DNA from: an uncultured Candidatus Saccharibacteria bacterium
GTDB lineage: Bacteria; Patescibacteriota; Minisyncoccia; UBA6257; 2-01-FULL-56-20
Length of the DNA: 64,000 bases
Direction: 5' to 3'
Assembly (NCBI GenBank): GCA_964484655.1
Contig: CAZAFA010000002.1
Coordinates: 24,130 to 88,129 of the forward strand
Part shown: piece by piece, positions 9,576-19,129 of the stretch
Numbering within the stretch: the first letter of the stretch is position 1
How the letters are laid out: the number at the start of each line of letters is the position of its first letter
The notes under the pieces: generated by a model
What the model was told of the DNA's origin: nothing
The model's input: only the letters and a program-made list of their open reading frames with translations
Database searches by the model: none
Program-made: the position numbers and the translations under genes

Positions 9576-10091
9576 ATGGTACTCAAATCCTTCGTGTACC
9601 TGATATTGGTAACGGTACACGGACTCGAAGGCCGATCTGGCTGGCGAGGATTCATGACGAGGAAGGGCATAGCCGTAATGCTCCGGCTGATGCCGAGCGT
9701 GCTGAGGAAGGCTGGCTGGGATCGGTCCCGCGATGCGCAGCTGGTCAACGTCGTCGCGCTCAGCTTCGTTCGCTACTACCGAAAGCCGCATGTCGCGCTT
9801 GCGCACCGCATAGCCACGGACCCGGGCTTCCCGGCGTACGTCCGCCTGAAAGCCGAGGCGCTGCTCGTCCTCGCCGGCGTCGGCAAGTCGGGAAAAGAGC
9901 GCGAGAAGCTCTTCGCGGACGGCCGGCAGGCTGAGCGGAGGAAGACCAGGATCTTCATGCTCGCAGCCGAAGCGTACTCGTCCCCGGAGCGCATGGCAGA
10001 TATCCGCGAGGAGGCTCTGGCGGTCGCAGGCAAGGATGAGGAGCTTAGGGCATGGCACTGCGTGCTATTCGATCATGCGCTTGAGCAGTAA
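9576..10091 (+). CDS. hypothetical protein
   Basis: AAGGAGG 8 nt before ATG 9576; downstream hairpin CGCGCC-TTCG-GGCGCG. Confidence 0.65.
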   Translation: MVLKSFVYLILVTVHGLEGRSGWRGFMTRKGIAVMLRLMPSVLRKAGWDRSRDAQLVNVVALSFVRYYRKPHVALAHRIATDPGFPAYVRLKAEALLVLAGVGKSGKEREKLFADGRQAERRKTRIFMLAAEAYSSPERMADIREEALAVAGKDEELRAWHCVLFDHALEQ

Positions 10092-10121
10092 GGACACCTC
10101 GCGCCTTCGGGCGCGAACTCC

Positions 10122-10207
10122 GCCGAGGTGATGGAACTGGTAGACATACGCGACTCAAAATCGCGAGACCTTCACCGGTCGTGCGGGTTCGATCCCCGCC
10201 CTCGGCA
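10122..10207 (+). tRNA. tRNA-Leu(CAA)
   Basis: GCCGAGG...CCTCGGC-A; anticodon arm CGCGA-CTCAAAA-TCGCG; long variable arm. Confidence 0.95.
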
Positions 10208-10277
10208 CCGTTGACGCCGTCCCCGCTCCCTCCTAGGGTGCGGGGAGTTTCGCATATTGAGAACGGAGAAGGGAAAT

Positions 10278-10943
10278 ATGGAGATACTGAACGTCGGAGG
10301 CGAGGAGATCGCCTTCGCGCACACGGGCGTCGTTCGTCAGACGCTCATCAACCATCCCCTAGCCGAGCCGCGGCAGGGAGAGAAGAAGCGGCGGTACCCG
10401 TCGGAGCGCGTCCCCTTCCTGCGGGCGCGCGTCGGCGGAGGGCTGTTCTTCGGGCAGCACGCGGACCGCCACAGCGGCGGCAAGCGCGTCAGCGGCATCC
10501 GCGAGCTGAAGGCGCACGGCGTCCCGCGGAAGACGACGCTCTTCAACGGGCGCGAGTTCTCGGCGGTCGCCGAGGAGGAGCTCGGAGCCATCGCGGATCA
10601 CCTGGTGGTCCCGGAGATACCGTACGGCGCGCTCGGCGAGAACCTCGTCGTCGCGGGCATAGACCGGTTCACGCAGCTCCCGCCGGGATCGCTGCTGTAC
10701 TTCTGGTCGCCCGCGGGCGAGCTGCGCGAAGCGATGCTCGCCGTCTGGCGCGAGAACGAACCCTGCCACATACCGGGGCAGATTCTCGAGGAGCGGTTCT
10801 TCCCGGATGAGTCCGGGCTGCCCCAGGCGTTCCAGAAGCTGCGCGAACTGGAGGTAGGGTTGCGCGGCATCGTCGGCTTCGTCTTCCGGGACGGCACGAT
10901 CCATCCCGGCGACATCGTCCGCGTGCAGCTGCCGTCACGATAG
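10278..10943 (+). CDS. MOSC-domain protein
   Basis: DRH...R.FS, LGENLVVAG, ENEPC, RGI, G.I.PGD motifs. Confidence 0.8.
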   Translation: MEILNVGGEEIAFAHTGVVRQTLINHPLAEPRQGEKKRRYPSERVPFLRARVGGGLFFGQHADRHSGGKRVSGIRELKAHGVPRKTTLFNGREFSAVAEEELGAIADHLVVPEIPYGALGENLVVAGIDRFTQLPPGSLLYFWSPAGELREAMLAVWRENEPCHIPGQILEERFFPDESGLPQAFQKLRELEVGLRGIVGFVFRDGTIHPGDIVRVQLPSR

Positions 10944-11036
10944 CGAAAGGCGCCCTGCGGGGCGCCTTTCCATTTGCCGAGCGGGACGCTAGGGTGGCCG
11001 CGGATACTATGCCAATTGGATAAGGAGGAGATTCGC

Positions 11037-11744
11037 ATGTTCGATACCCAGACCTTCCCCGGACAACGCTACGGGAAGGCGTTCTTCCCGGTCGTGCACG
11101 TCGCCGACCAGTACCAGGCGGTCCGCGACCTCGAGGTCGCCGCCTGGTCGGACGCCGACGGCGCGTTCCTGATAAGCCACGGCCCGATGCAGGCGGAGGA
11201 GCTCGCCGAGCTCTACGCGCTCTGCAAGGGCGTCGTGCCCGGCGCGTTCCTGCTCGGCGCGAACTTCTACCCGAAGCCGCTCCTGCAGGCGTTCGGCTAC
11301 GCGCCCAAGTGCGGCCTCGACGCCCTCTGGGCGGACGACGGCATGCCGCGGTACGACCCGCCCCGCCCGGCGACCGTCAACGACATCCGCGCGGAGTCGT
11401 CCTTCAGGGGGCTGCTCTTCGGCGGCCTCGCCTTCAAGGGGCAGCGCCAGGTGGACGACTCGCTCATACCGCAGGTCGTCGAGCTCGCGAAGGCGTGCAT
11501 GGATGTGATCGTCACGAGCGGTCCGGAGACCGGCACCGCGCCGGCGCTGCGCAAGATGGCGCTGCTGCGCGAATGCTGCGGGGATTTCCCGCTCGGCATC
11601 GCTTCGGGCATGACGCCGGAGAACATCCGCGACTTCCTGCCGTATGCGGACTGCTTCCTCGTGAACACGGGGATCAGCAGCGACGGCGGGCTTACGCTCG
11701 ACAAGCGGCTGACCCCGCGCATGGCGGAACTGATCCACACGTAG
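11037..11744 (+). CDS. BtpA/SgcQ-like TIM-barrel protein
   Basis: PVVHV, GGLAFKGQ, VTSGPETG, IASGMTPENI, LVNTGIS motifs. Confidence 0.7.
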   Translation: MFDTQTFPGQRYGKAFFPVVHVADQYQAVRDLEVAAWSDADGAFLISHGPMQAEELAELYALCKGVVPGAFLLGANFYPKPLLQAFGYAPKCGLDALWADDGMPRYDPPRPATVNDIRAESSFRGLLFGGLAFKGQRQVDDSLIPQVVELAKACMDVIVTSGPETGTAPALRKMALLRECCGDFPLGIASGMTPENIRDFLPYADCFLVNTGISSDGGLTLDKRLTPRMAELIHT

Positions 11745-11795
11745 CGTGAAACGAAGAAAGGCGCCCCTGGGGCGCCTTTCCCTTCCCGCGCGCCG

Positions 11796-14102
11796 CTACT
11801 GCGGCGTGCTCGTCGTCGTGGTCGCGGCCGGAGTCTGCGCGCCGACTCCGCTGAGCGCGGGCCTGCCGGCGGTCACGTTGTCGAGCACCTGCCGGACCTC
11901 GGCGTTGTCCGGATTGTCCTTCGCGAGGCGCTCGAACGTGGCTACCGCCTGGTCGCGCATGCCCAGCTGGCTGTACGTGAGGCCGAGGAAGTAGCGCGCG
12001 TCGGCGAACCCTTCGTTGAGCGAGACGGCACGCTCGAAGTCAGCGCGCGCCTCGGCGTAGAGCTCGTTCTGATACAGGAGGAGCCCGACCTGGAAGGCGA
12101 GCTGCGGGTCCTGCGCGGCGAGCGCGCGAAGCTCCTGGACGCGCCCGAGCGCGCGGTCGCGGTCGCCGGCGGCGAAGTATCCCTGCGCCGAGAGGAACCG
12201 CGCATCGGCGTAGTCCCCCTTCAGCTCGAGCGCGGCGGCTGCCTGCTCCTGGGCCTTGGCGAACGCGTCGCCCGCGGGCTCGCCCTTCTGCGCGCGCGCC
12301 GAGGCGAGCGTCAGGTACGTGCGTGCGCGAGAGAGCGGCCAGAGCGGGCTGACCGGGTCGGCGGCGGACGCGCGGTCGTACGCCTCGATCGCCTTGTCCG
12401 AGGCGCCGTCGAGGTACGGCGTGAGCCCTTCGTAGATGCCGCCCAGGTTGCTCCAGTTGCCGGAGTCGTGGGGGTTGAGGACGGTGGCGCGCTGCGCGGC
12501 GGCGAGAGCCGCCTGGAGCAGGGACTGCAGCTGCTGCTGCGTCTCCTGGTCAGGAGCCGAGGTGGCCGCGGACGCCTTCGCCCGGAAGGAGTTGAGGAGC
12601 GCCTGCGAGAGGGAGCGCTGGTACGCGTCGGAGCGCTCATCCAGGTCCGCTGCGCGCGCGACCATGCGGAGCGCGCGGTCCGCGTCTCCCGCGGCGGCGG
12701 CGCGGCCGCCCAGCGCGAAGTACGAGGCGGCCGCATACCGCTCGCCGACCAGGTACAGGCCCGCGATGCCGCCCGCGGTGACGACGATCAGCGCCAGGAA
12801 GGTCGCGAAGAGCGGCATGGTGGACCGTCCCGAGAAGGAGACCTCCCGGCGGCGCCCCGCGATGCCGACGAGTAGGCCGAGGCCGAGCGCGCCGAGCGTC
12901 AGCTGCACGAACGAGCCGGGGTACACGAGGAGGCCGAGGCCCGCGAGGCCGGCGGCCATGATCGCGTAGGGCGCGGCCGGGTCGTCGAGGCGACGCCATG
13001 CCAGGGAGGCGCCGCCGACGAGCACGACGAGCCATGCGGCGAGCCCGAGGATGCCCGTGGTGACCGGGACGGTAGCGAGGTAGCTCACGCCCTGGTCGAA
13101 GCGCATCTGCCAGAACGGCGAGAGGTTCGACGCCGGCGTGCGATCCTTGGCGAACGCGTACGCGTACGTTCCGGGACCGGTGCCCTGGAGCGCCCGCTTG
13201 CTCGAGAGGACCTCCTTGACCGAGGAGAACGTCAGCGCGGTGCCCGGGCGCAGCTCGAGGCTGCTCACGGCGAAGGACGGGAGTCGCGGGCCGACCAGCA
13301 CGAAGACGAGCGCGATCAGGGAGAGGCCGAGCGGGATGCCGATGCTCGCGCGGCGCACGAAGCCCGATGCCGCGCAGAAGAGCGCGATGAGCGCCACCGC
13401 CACCCAGAGGATGCGGAAGTTCATGAGGATGAGCACGATCAGCGCGAGCGCGCCCGAGCCGAGGAGGAACGCCTGCGCGCGCGACCCGAGCGCCTGCAGC
13501 GGCACGAGGCACGCGATGCCGAGCGCGAGTACGGCCACGAAGCCGAGCTCCGCGATGGTCGCCGGCGCGTAGGTCAGCAGGACGGGCACGCCCATCAGGC
13601 CGATCGCGCCGAGGAGGCTGGCGATGCCCGCGCCCGCGACGAACGCGGTCAGGAGACGCACGAGGTCCGCGCGATCCGTGATAAAGACGGCGGCGAGGAC
13701 GAAGACGATCGCCGCGATCAGCACGTGCAGGAGGGCGTCCGGCGCCAGCAAGCCGCCGAAGAGCGACTGCGCCGGGGTGAGCGAGAACGCCGTCGAGATC
13801 GCGGTCGCGATCACCACCCCGAGCACGCCGGCGGATGCCCACGAGCCCGGATAGCTGAGGCGGCGGCGCTGCACCGTCTCGGCGAGGAGCGCCACGAGTC
13901 CGACGGTGGCGAGCACGGCCGCCAGGAGGACGCGCGCCGCGCCGGCGGGGCTGGCCGTCAGCGGGATGAAGAACCAGGGCAGCGCGAAGGCCAGGACCAG
14001 GAGCGAGCCGCGGCCGATGCGGCGCCAGGCCGAGACGCCTTCGCGGCGGGCGGGAGCGGTTGCTGCGGCGCGCTTGCGCGTCGCGCGTTCGTTGTCAGGC
14101 AT
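11796..14102 (-). CDS. multi-pass membrane protein (O-antigen-ligase-like) with C-terminal TPR repeats
   Basis: About 12 TM segments, GTGPGTY loop, TPR repeats (NPHDSGNWSNLG, YADARF). Confidence 0.8.
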   Translation of the reverse strand: MPDNERATRKRAAATAPARREGVSAWRRIGRGSLLVLAFALPWFFIPLTASPAGAARVLLAAVLATVGLVALLAETVQRRRLSYPGSWASAGVLGVVIATAISTAFSLTPAQSLFGGLLAPDALLHVLIAAIVFVLAAVFITDRADLVRLLTAFVAGAGIASLLGAIGLMGVPVLLTYAPATIAELGFVAVLALGIACLVPLQALGSRAQAFLLGSGALALIVLILMNFRILWVAVALIALFCAASGFVRRASIGIPLGLSLIALVFVLVGPRLPSFAVSSLELRPGTALTFSSVKEVLSSKRALQGTGPGTYAYAFAKDRTPASNLSPFWQMRFDQGVSYLATVPVTTGILGLAAWLVVLVGGASLAWRRLDDPAAPYAIMAAGLAGLGLLVYPGSFVQLTLGALGLGLLVGIAGRRREVSFSGRSTMPLFATFLALIVVTAGGIAGLYLVGERYAAASYFALGGRAAAAGDADRALRMVARAADLDERSDAYQRSLSQALLNSFRAKASAATSAPDQETQQQLQSLLQAALAAAQRATVLNPHDSGNWSNLGGIYEGLTPYLDGASDKAIEAYDRASAADPVSPLWPLSRARTYLTLASARAQKGEPAGDAFAKAQEQAAAALELKGDYADARFLSAQGYFAAGDRDRALGRVQELRALAAQDPQLAFQVGLLLYQNELYAEARADFERAVSLNEGFADARYFLGLTYSQLGMRDQAVATFERLAKDNPDNAEVRQVLDNVTAGRPALSGVGAQTPAATTTTSTPQ

Positions 14103-14158
14103 GTAGGCGTGATGAAGGGGTATGCCCGTCCAGTATACCCGATAGGGGCGCCGCGCTG

Positions 14159-14241
14159 TGCCCGGGGTGGGAGTCGAACCCACATGGCGCAAGCCAGAAA
14201 GGTTTAAGCTTTCCGTGTATAACCAGTTCCACCACCCGGGC
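14159..14241 (-). tRNA. tRNA-Leu(TAA)
   Basis: GCCCGGG...CCCGGGC-A; anticodon arm GAAAG-CTTAAAC-CTTTC. Confidence 0.93.
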
Positions 14242-14256
14242 TGGGAAGATGACCTG

Positions 14257-14327
14257 AGGCCTGAGCGGGAATCGAACCCGCGATGGAGGATTTGCAGTCC
14301 TCTGCCTTACCACTTGGCTATCAGGCC
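14257..14327 (-). tRNA. tRNA-Cys(GCA)
   Basis: GGCCTGA...TCAGGCC-T; anticodon arm GAGGA-CTGCAAA-TCCTC. Confidence 0.95.
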
Positions 14328-14421
14328 GCCGCGGGCATTCTAGCGGTTTTGACAGTGCTGGAAAGACCGCATCTAATGAGCCCGGCTATATGCTAGAAGC
14401 TTGAAAAGGAGGAAGAAGGAT

Positions 14422-15060
14422 ATGGATGGTAGCAAAGGCTACGAAAACGCGGGGAAGATCCGTGACGACGTCGTCGGCCTCGCGAACGAGGCCGCGAAGC
14501 GGCACGACTTCGATACGCTCAGGCTCATCAGGCGTCGGCTGGCGCTCGGGCCCGGCATCAACAGGGTGCAGGAACTGGAGTGTCCGACCTACCGGATCCT
14601 GACGGGATTCGCGAAGGACCTCGATGCCCTCTGGGGCTATCTCAAGGAGGGGGCGCGCCTGCCGCCTGACGAGCAGGTGCAGGAGAGGCTCCGCGCGACG
14701 CTAGCGCATCTCATCGAGGACATGCAGCATCGCGGCCGCAGGATGATGCAGCGCGAAGAGACGGTCATGTGCGTCACGCCTGAGGATCTCGGCTGGAGCA
14801 CGGAAGAGGTCACGCTGCACCGTTTCCATCTCGCGGCCGACGCCTGCGGACTCGAACGATGCGATCCCGACGTCGTGGCGATGGCAATCCTCAACGACGT
14901 TCCGTACGACGCGACGTTCCTGACCGGCGTCCTCGAGCATGACGAGCTGCTCCGCAGCGCGCGAGGCAGCCTCGTTGATGAGCGCCCGATGCTCACGCTT
15001 GAGCATACGACCGGCAACCTGAGGCCGCGCGCCAAGGTCCTCTGCCAGAGGAAGAAATAA
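14422..15060 (+). CDS. hypothetical protein
   Basis: TTGACA promoter, AAGGAGG; contains TPEDLGW...GLERCDPDV. Confidence 0.7.
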   Translation: MDGSKGYENAGKIRDDVVGLANEAAKRHDFDTLRLIRRRLALGPGINRVQELECPTYRILTGFAKDLDALWGYLKEGARLPPDEQVQERLRATLAHLIEDMQHRGRRMMQREETVMCVTPEDLGWSTEEVTLHRFHLAADACGLERCDPDVVAMAILNDVPYDATFLTGVLEHDELLRSARGSLVDERPMLTLEHTTGNLRPRAKVLCQRKK

Positions 15061-15080
15061 GAATAAGAGAAAAGGAGGGC

Positions 15081-15446
15081 CTAGCCCTCCTTTTCCGTCT
15101 CTCCGCCCTTATCCGCCTCCTGTGCTTTCAGGAGCGCCGCCTCCACGGCCGCCGCGTTCTGCAATCCCCGGTCCGCCTTGAAGACAAGCTCGGGGATGAG
15201 GCGGATCGGTATCGGCTTGATGAGGAGGTGCCGGAGCATGCCGCGCGCGCCGTTGAGGCGCCCGACGACGTGGTCCGCCTGCTCGTCCGGCAGCACCGAG
15301 ACGTGCACCGTCGCGACGTCGCGCTTCTGGTTGAGCTCGACCTCCGTGATGGTCGGCAGCGCGCCGGGGAATTCCATCTCCTTGAGAATCGCGCGAGAGA
15401 GCTCGTCCCGGATCTGCGCGGCGAGGCGTTCCTCCCGGTAGAGCAT
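15081..15446 (-). CDS. rbfA: ribosome-binding factor A
   Basis: R.ERLAAQIRDELS, ITEVEL, IPELVFKAD; directly downstream of infB. Confidence 0.9.
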   Translation of the reverse strand: MLYREERLAAQIRDELSRAILKEMEFPGALPTITEVELNQKRDVATVHVSVLPDEQADHVVGRLNGARGMLRHLLIKPIPIRLIPELVFKADRGLQNAAAVEAALLKAQEADKGGETEKEG

Positions 15447-15447
15447 G

Positions 15448-16893
15448 CTACTGCTGCTCGATGCGAAGATCGTCGCCGACGGCGATCTCCACCGGGCTGT
15501 TCACCACGAGGCCGATCTCCATGACGGCCTCCGCTTCCTGGATCGTGTCCTTCTGCTGGCGGATCGTCGTGATGCGCCCGCGCCCGATGCGCTCGCCGTC
15601 GCGGAAGATCGCGAAGGTCATCTTCGGCTTCATGACGCCGACCTCGAGCCGTCCGCCGACGAGCTGCTCGTCGAGGCGCTTCTGGTTGAAGAGCGCGAGG
15701 ACGGACAGGCGCGCGAGCACGTCCGGGTCCCCGTCCTCGGCGAGCAGCGCCTCAAGCGCCTGCACGAGCTCGTAGACGATCTCGGACGTGAAGATCCTCA
15801 CCTTGTGCACGTCGGCGAACGCCGCGGCGGACTTCTCCGCCTTCGTCTTGAAGCCGATCACCACCGCGCCCGTCTGCTGCGCGAGACGCACGTCCGCGTC
15901 GGCGATCTCGCCCACCGAGCCGGCGAGCACCTTCACGGGGACGTCCTTGGGGCCCGACATCGCGGAGACGATCTGCGTGAGCACCTCGAGGCTGCCCGCG
16001 TCGCTCGCCTTGAGGATTACCGGGAAGACCGCATCGGTCGGTGCTACGTACTCGTTGACGAGCTCCGCCTTCCCCTCCTGCTCGGTGAGATGGACCAGGT
16101 CGCCAGCGGTCAGCTCCTCGCCGACGCGCGGAAGCGAGTCGAAGCCCACCACGAGCGCTGGAGCGCCCGCGGGCACGGCCTTGGCGGGCTTGCCGAGGAA
16201 ATCCTCGAGCACCTTCGCCTTGCCGGAGGCCGTCGGCGTCGCGACCGCGTCCCCGTAGCGGAGCGTGCCGTCCGTGACGATCACCACCGCCTCGTTGCCG
16301 CGACGCTTGTTGGCGCGGGCTTCGAGCACGACGCCCTCGGCGGGCGCGGCGGGGTCGTAGGTGAGGTCCTCGACCTCGGCCGCGAGCACGAGCAGGTCGA
16401 GGAGGTCGTTGACGCCCTCGCCGGTGATGCCGGATACCGCCTGGTAGCTGACGTCGCCGCCGTACCCTTCGACGAGCACGCCGATGGCGGCGAGGTCGCC
16501 CTTCGCCTTCTCGACGTTCGCGCCAGGCGCGTCGATCTTCGTGAAGGCAACAACGAACGGCGTCTTGCTCTCGAGGAGGATCTTCGCCGCCTCCTCCGTC
16601 TGCGGCTTCACGCCCTCGGTCGCGGCGACCACCAGCACCGCGAGGTCCGCGACGTGCGCGCCGCGGCTGCGCATGTTGGTGAACGCTTCGTGGCCAGGCG
16701 TGTCGATGAAGGTCAGGACCGCGTCGCCGTGCTTCGCCTGGTACGCCGAGATGGCCTGGGTAATACCCCCTGCCTCGCGCGCGGCGACGTTGGCCTTCCG
16801 GACGTAGTCGAGGAGCGTCGTCTTGCCGTGATCGACGTGCCCCATGATGACCACCACCGGCGGCCGCTTGATGCGGGTCTCTGCCATAGCCAC
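15448..16893 (-). CDS. infB: translation initiation factor IF-2 (short form)
   Basis: [35 protein letters not shown]. Confidence 0.95.
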   Translation of the reverse strand: MAMAETRIKRPPVVVIMGHVDHGKTTLLDYVRKANVAAREAGGITQAISAYQAKHGDAVLTFIDTPGHEAFTNMRSRGAHVADLAVLVVAATEGVKPQTEEAAKILLESKTPFVVAFTKIDAPGANVEKAKGDLAAIGVLVEGYGGDVSYQAVSGITGEGVNDLLDLLVLAAEVEDLTYDPAAPAEGVVLEARANKRRGNEAVVIVTDGTLRYGDAVATPTASGKAKVLEDFLGKPAKAVPAGAPALVVGFDSLPRVGEELTAGDLVHLTEQEGKAELVNEYVAPTDAVFPVILKASDAGSLEVLTQIVSAMSGPKDVPVKVLAGSVGEIADADVRLAQQTGAVVIGFKTKAEKSAAAFADVHKVRIFTSEIVYELVQALEALLAEDGDPDVLARLSVLALFNQKRLDEQLVGGRLEVGVMKPKMTFAIFRDGERIGRGRITTIRQQKDTIQEAEAVMEIGLVVNSPVEIAVGDDLRIEQQ

Positions 16894-16948
16894 GCCAGCC
16901 TAGCGGAGGCCGCCTTTACAGGCAAGGAAAATGGGGCGATTTGCAGTC

Positions 16949-17542
16949 CTAGGCTCCCCAGGTCTCGTCCTCCTTGTCGCGCACGGGCCTGGTGCCGGTG
17001 ATCAGCTGCATGATCCAGGCCGGGATGCCCGAGCGCAGGAACACGAAGAAGACGAGGAGGGCCAGGAGGAGCACCTCCGCCATGCGGAGATAGTGGAGCA
17101 CCGGCAGGAGGGTGAGATGCGCCACGACCGCCAGGGAGCAGATCGACGCGAACCAGAAGGCGGTGGCAGGCAGGTCCAGCAGGAAGTAGCGCTTCACGGG
17201 AAAGCGCTCCATGCCGAAGCGGAGCTGTATGGGGCGGTGGAGCCCGTACGTGATCTTGCTCAGGAACAGCATCCGGCGCGGATGCCGCTCGATGCGGCCG
17301 TCCATGATGCGCGTGATCGCGCGCAGCGTCTTCCCGTAGCGGCTCTCGGGATTGATGCAGGTGCCCAGCGCGTACCAGAGCAGGTCGCCGAGCAGCGCGC
17401 CCGCGACCGCGAGCGGGAGCGCGATCCACCAGACGAGCTTGCCCGTGAGCGCGAGGAAAGTGACGCCGAACAGGAGCAGGTCGCCCTCGAAGAGCATGCC
17501 GGCGAATATGCCGGCATACGGAAGGAGAGAGGGCGGGAGCAT
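16949..17542 (-). CDS. DedA-family membrane protein
   Basis: EGD...GALLGDLLWYALG, SK..YGL motifs. Confidence 0.8.
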   Translation of the reverse strand: MLPPSLLPYAGIFAGMLFEGDLLLFGVTFLALTGKLVWWIALPLAVAGALLGDLLWYALGTCINPESRYGKTLRAITRIMDGRIERHPRRMLFLSKITYGLHRPIQLRFGMERFPVKRYFLLDLPATAFWFASICSLAVVAHLTLLPVLHYLRMAEVLLLALLVFFVFLRSGIPAWIMQLITGTRPVRDKEDETWGA

Positions 17543-17560
17543 GCCCCCAGTATAACCGGG

Positions 17561-17899
17561 CTAGCGGGCGTAGGACCCGATTCGCAGGCTCGCGAAGGTC
17601 TCCGCGGCCTTCCCGCCCGCGATGCGCTCGGAGGCCTCGGTGGCGTCCGTGCCGCAGATCGTCGCCGAGCTGGGGTTCTCCTGCACGTACCGGGTGAAGT
17701 CGTATACGCCGTCGCCGATGGCGGCGTAGCAGCGCTCGGTCGTGCTGGCTGAGCTCAGGTCCTCGAAGGTGTACGAGGTCTGAACGGGATTCTGCGGCTC
17801 CGACGGGGCGCGACGCGAATAGGCGTATATGCCCCCGATGACGAGCACGGCGAGCACGAGGATCGCGACGAGTGGTGCGGTGTTCTTTTTCTGGTTCAT
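17561..17899 (-). CDS. membrane-anchored cytochrome b5-like domain protein
   Basis: TM helix then YTFEDL...CYAAIGDGVYDFT...CGTDAT...RIG. Confidence 0.7.
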   Translation of the reverse strand: MNQKKNTAPLVAILVLAVLVIGGIYAYSRRAPSEPQNPVQTSYTFEDLSSASTTERCYAAIGDGVYDFTRYVQENPSSATICGTDATEASERIAGGKAAETFASLRIGSYAR

Positions 17900-17924
17900 G
17901 ATCTAAGTGAAGCACGCGAGAGAG

Positions 17925-17956
17925 AAAAGCGACACCTCCCGGAGGGGAGGTGTCGC
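17925..17956 (-). terminator. intrinsic terminator
   Basis: Minus strand GCGACACCTCCC-CTC-CGGGAGGTGTCGC region followed by TTTT. Confidence 0.75.
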
Positions 17957-18400
17957 GAACGGTCAGGCGGTCCTGTGCGCGGGCAGTTCGAAAAGAAGTA
18001 TCGATTTATCGGAGCGGTTCCGGCTTCAGTGACCTGACGCGTTCCCCTGTTGCTGTTCAGTAGTCGTACTGGTCGCCCGCATCGGCTTCCGGTGGCGGTT
18101 CCCGGGTCGGTCCGCGGTATGGCGGGTCCGGGAAGCGGCGGAGGCGAGCTGGGCCGAGTGCGCTGCGTCGTGGTGTTCAGATTCCCCTTCTGGTTCCCGG
18201 ATCGCCTTGTAAGGCGGCGATACGGATACGACGGAGCGGTAGCGCTACGGATGCCGGTCAGCAGCTTCCTGCCAAATCCCCTCTACACGTCTCGTGCGCT
18301 GTCATAGCTCAGCAAGGCGCTGGTGAGCATCCGGAGATAGATGACGTCTGAATCGTGTGCTTGCGGATGAGCGACTGGTGATGTTTTGATCGCGATCACT
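17925..18400 (-). ncRNA. candidate ECF-sigma-dependent non-coding RNA
   Basis: Bounded by an ECF-type promoter copy (18407-18433) and a terminator; no credible ORF. Confidence 0.4.
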
Positions 18401-18406
18401 TACTGG

Positions 18407-18433
18407 TACGCCGTCCGGGCCGGGTTTCTTTCA
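18407..18433 (-). promoter_or_regulatory. ECF sigma promoter copy 2
   Basis: TGAAAGAA-N13-GGCGTA, same boxes and spacing as the site upstream of the sigma gene. Confidence 0.7.
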
Positions 18434-18436
18434 CGG

Positions 18437-19129
18437 TCAGCGGCGGCCCCGCCAGGGCAGCACGGTCTGGGCCGCGAACGTGCTCGTCCCTACGTGCGCG
18501 CCGATGGCGCGGACGTAGGCGCCCGTCGTAACACCCTCGGCGTCGCCGGTGACCAGGACCATCCAGTCCCGGCCGTTGGCGTCGCGTAGCAGGAACGCAG
18601 TCGTCGTAGTCGCCTCGAGAACCTGCCCGCCGAGGAGTCCCTGCGCGGGATTGGACCAGAACGCCTCGCGCGAGAGCACGAAGCGGTCATAGGCAGGAAG
18701 CTCGCGGGCCAGCTCGTGGGTGCGCGTGCCCAGGCCTGCCGCGTAGAGCGCGCTGCCGATCGCGAGACTCATGAGCACGCTCCCGCCGAGCACCGTGACT
18801 GGTGCGAAGCGGTAGCCGCGGCGCGTGCGCGTGACCAGCTGGTAGGTAAGGAGTACGAGCATGAGGAGCGCGGCGAGCCACAGGTACGGGAACGACCGCA
18901 CCGTGGCGATGGTGTTGCGCTGGCTGAGCTCGACGGCGAGGTCCCAGTCGCGGTCGAGGAGCAGGAACTCGGACGTCGCCACGGTCATCGCGCCGAAGAA
19001 GACGGAGAGCGCCAGCAGGAGGCCCAGCAGGACGTTGCGCGCGACGAAGGTCCAGCGCGGGCGCGGCGCTATCTCGCGCTCCTGGATGGCGCCGACGACG
19101 CGGGCGGCGAAATCGTGTTCGTGGTTCAT
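18437..19129 (-). CDS. putative membrane anti-sigma factor
   Basis: ATGA-coupled downstream of the ECF sigma; IAPRPRW motif, 3 TM, C-terminal beta-rich domain. Confidence 0.7.
   Translation of the reverse strand: MNHEHDFAARVVGAIQEREIAPRPRWTFVARNVLLGLLLALSVFFGAMTVATSEFLLLDRDWDLAVELSQRNTIATVRSFPYLWLAALLMLVLLTYQLVTRTRRGYRFAPVTVLGGSVLMSLAIGSALYAAGLGTRTHELARELPAYDRFVLSREAFWSNPAQGLLGGQVLEATTTTAFLLRDANGRDWMVLVTGDAEGVTTGAYVRAIGAHVGTSTFAAQTVLPWRGRR

Noticed and set aside
15448-16893. IF-2 lacking the long N-terminal domain as a pseudogene
   Set aside because: The G-domain and C-terminal domains are intact, and short IF-2 is known in reduced genomes.
17895-18400. TAG read-through or recoded long ORF in the ECF-linked region
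   Set aside because: The frame runs through the terminator, codon usage is atypical, and TAG acts as a normal stop in many genes here.
17960-18400. CsrB-like GGA sponge interpretation
   Set aside because: By rough estimate the GGA count is about what base composition predicts, and the GGAs are not clearly in hairpin loops.
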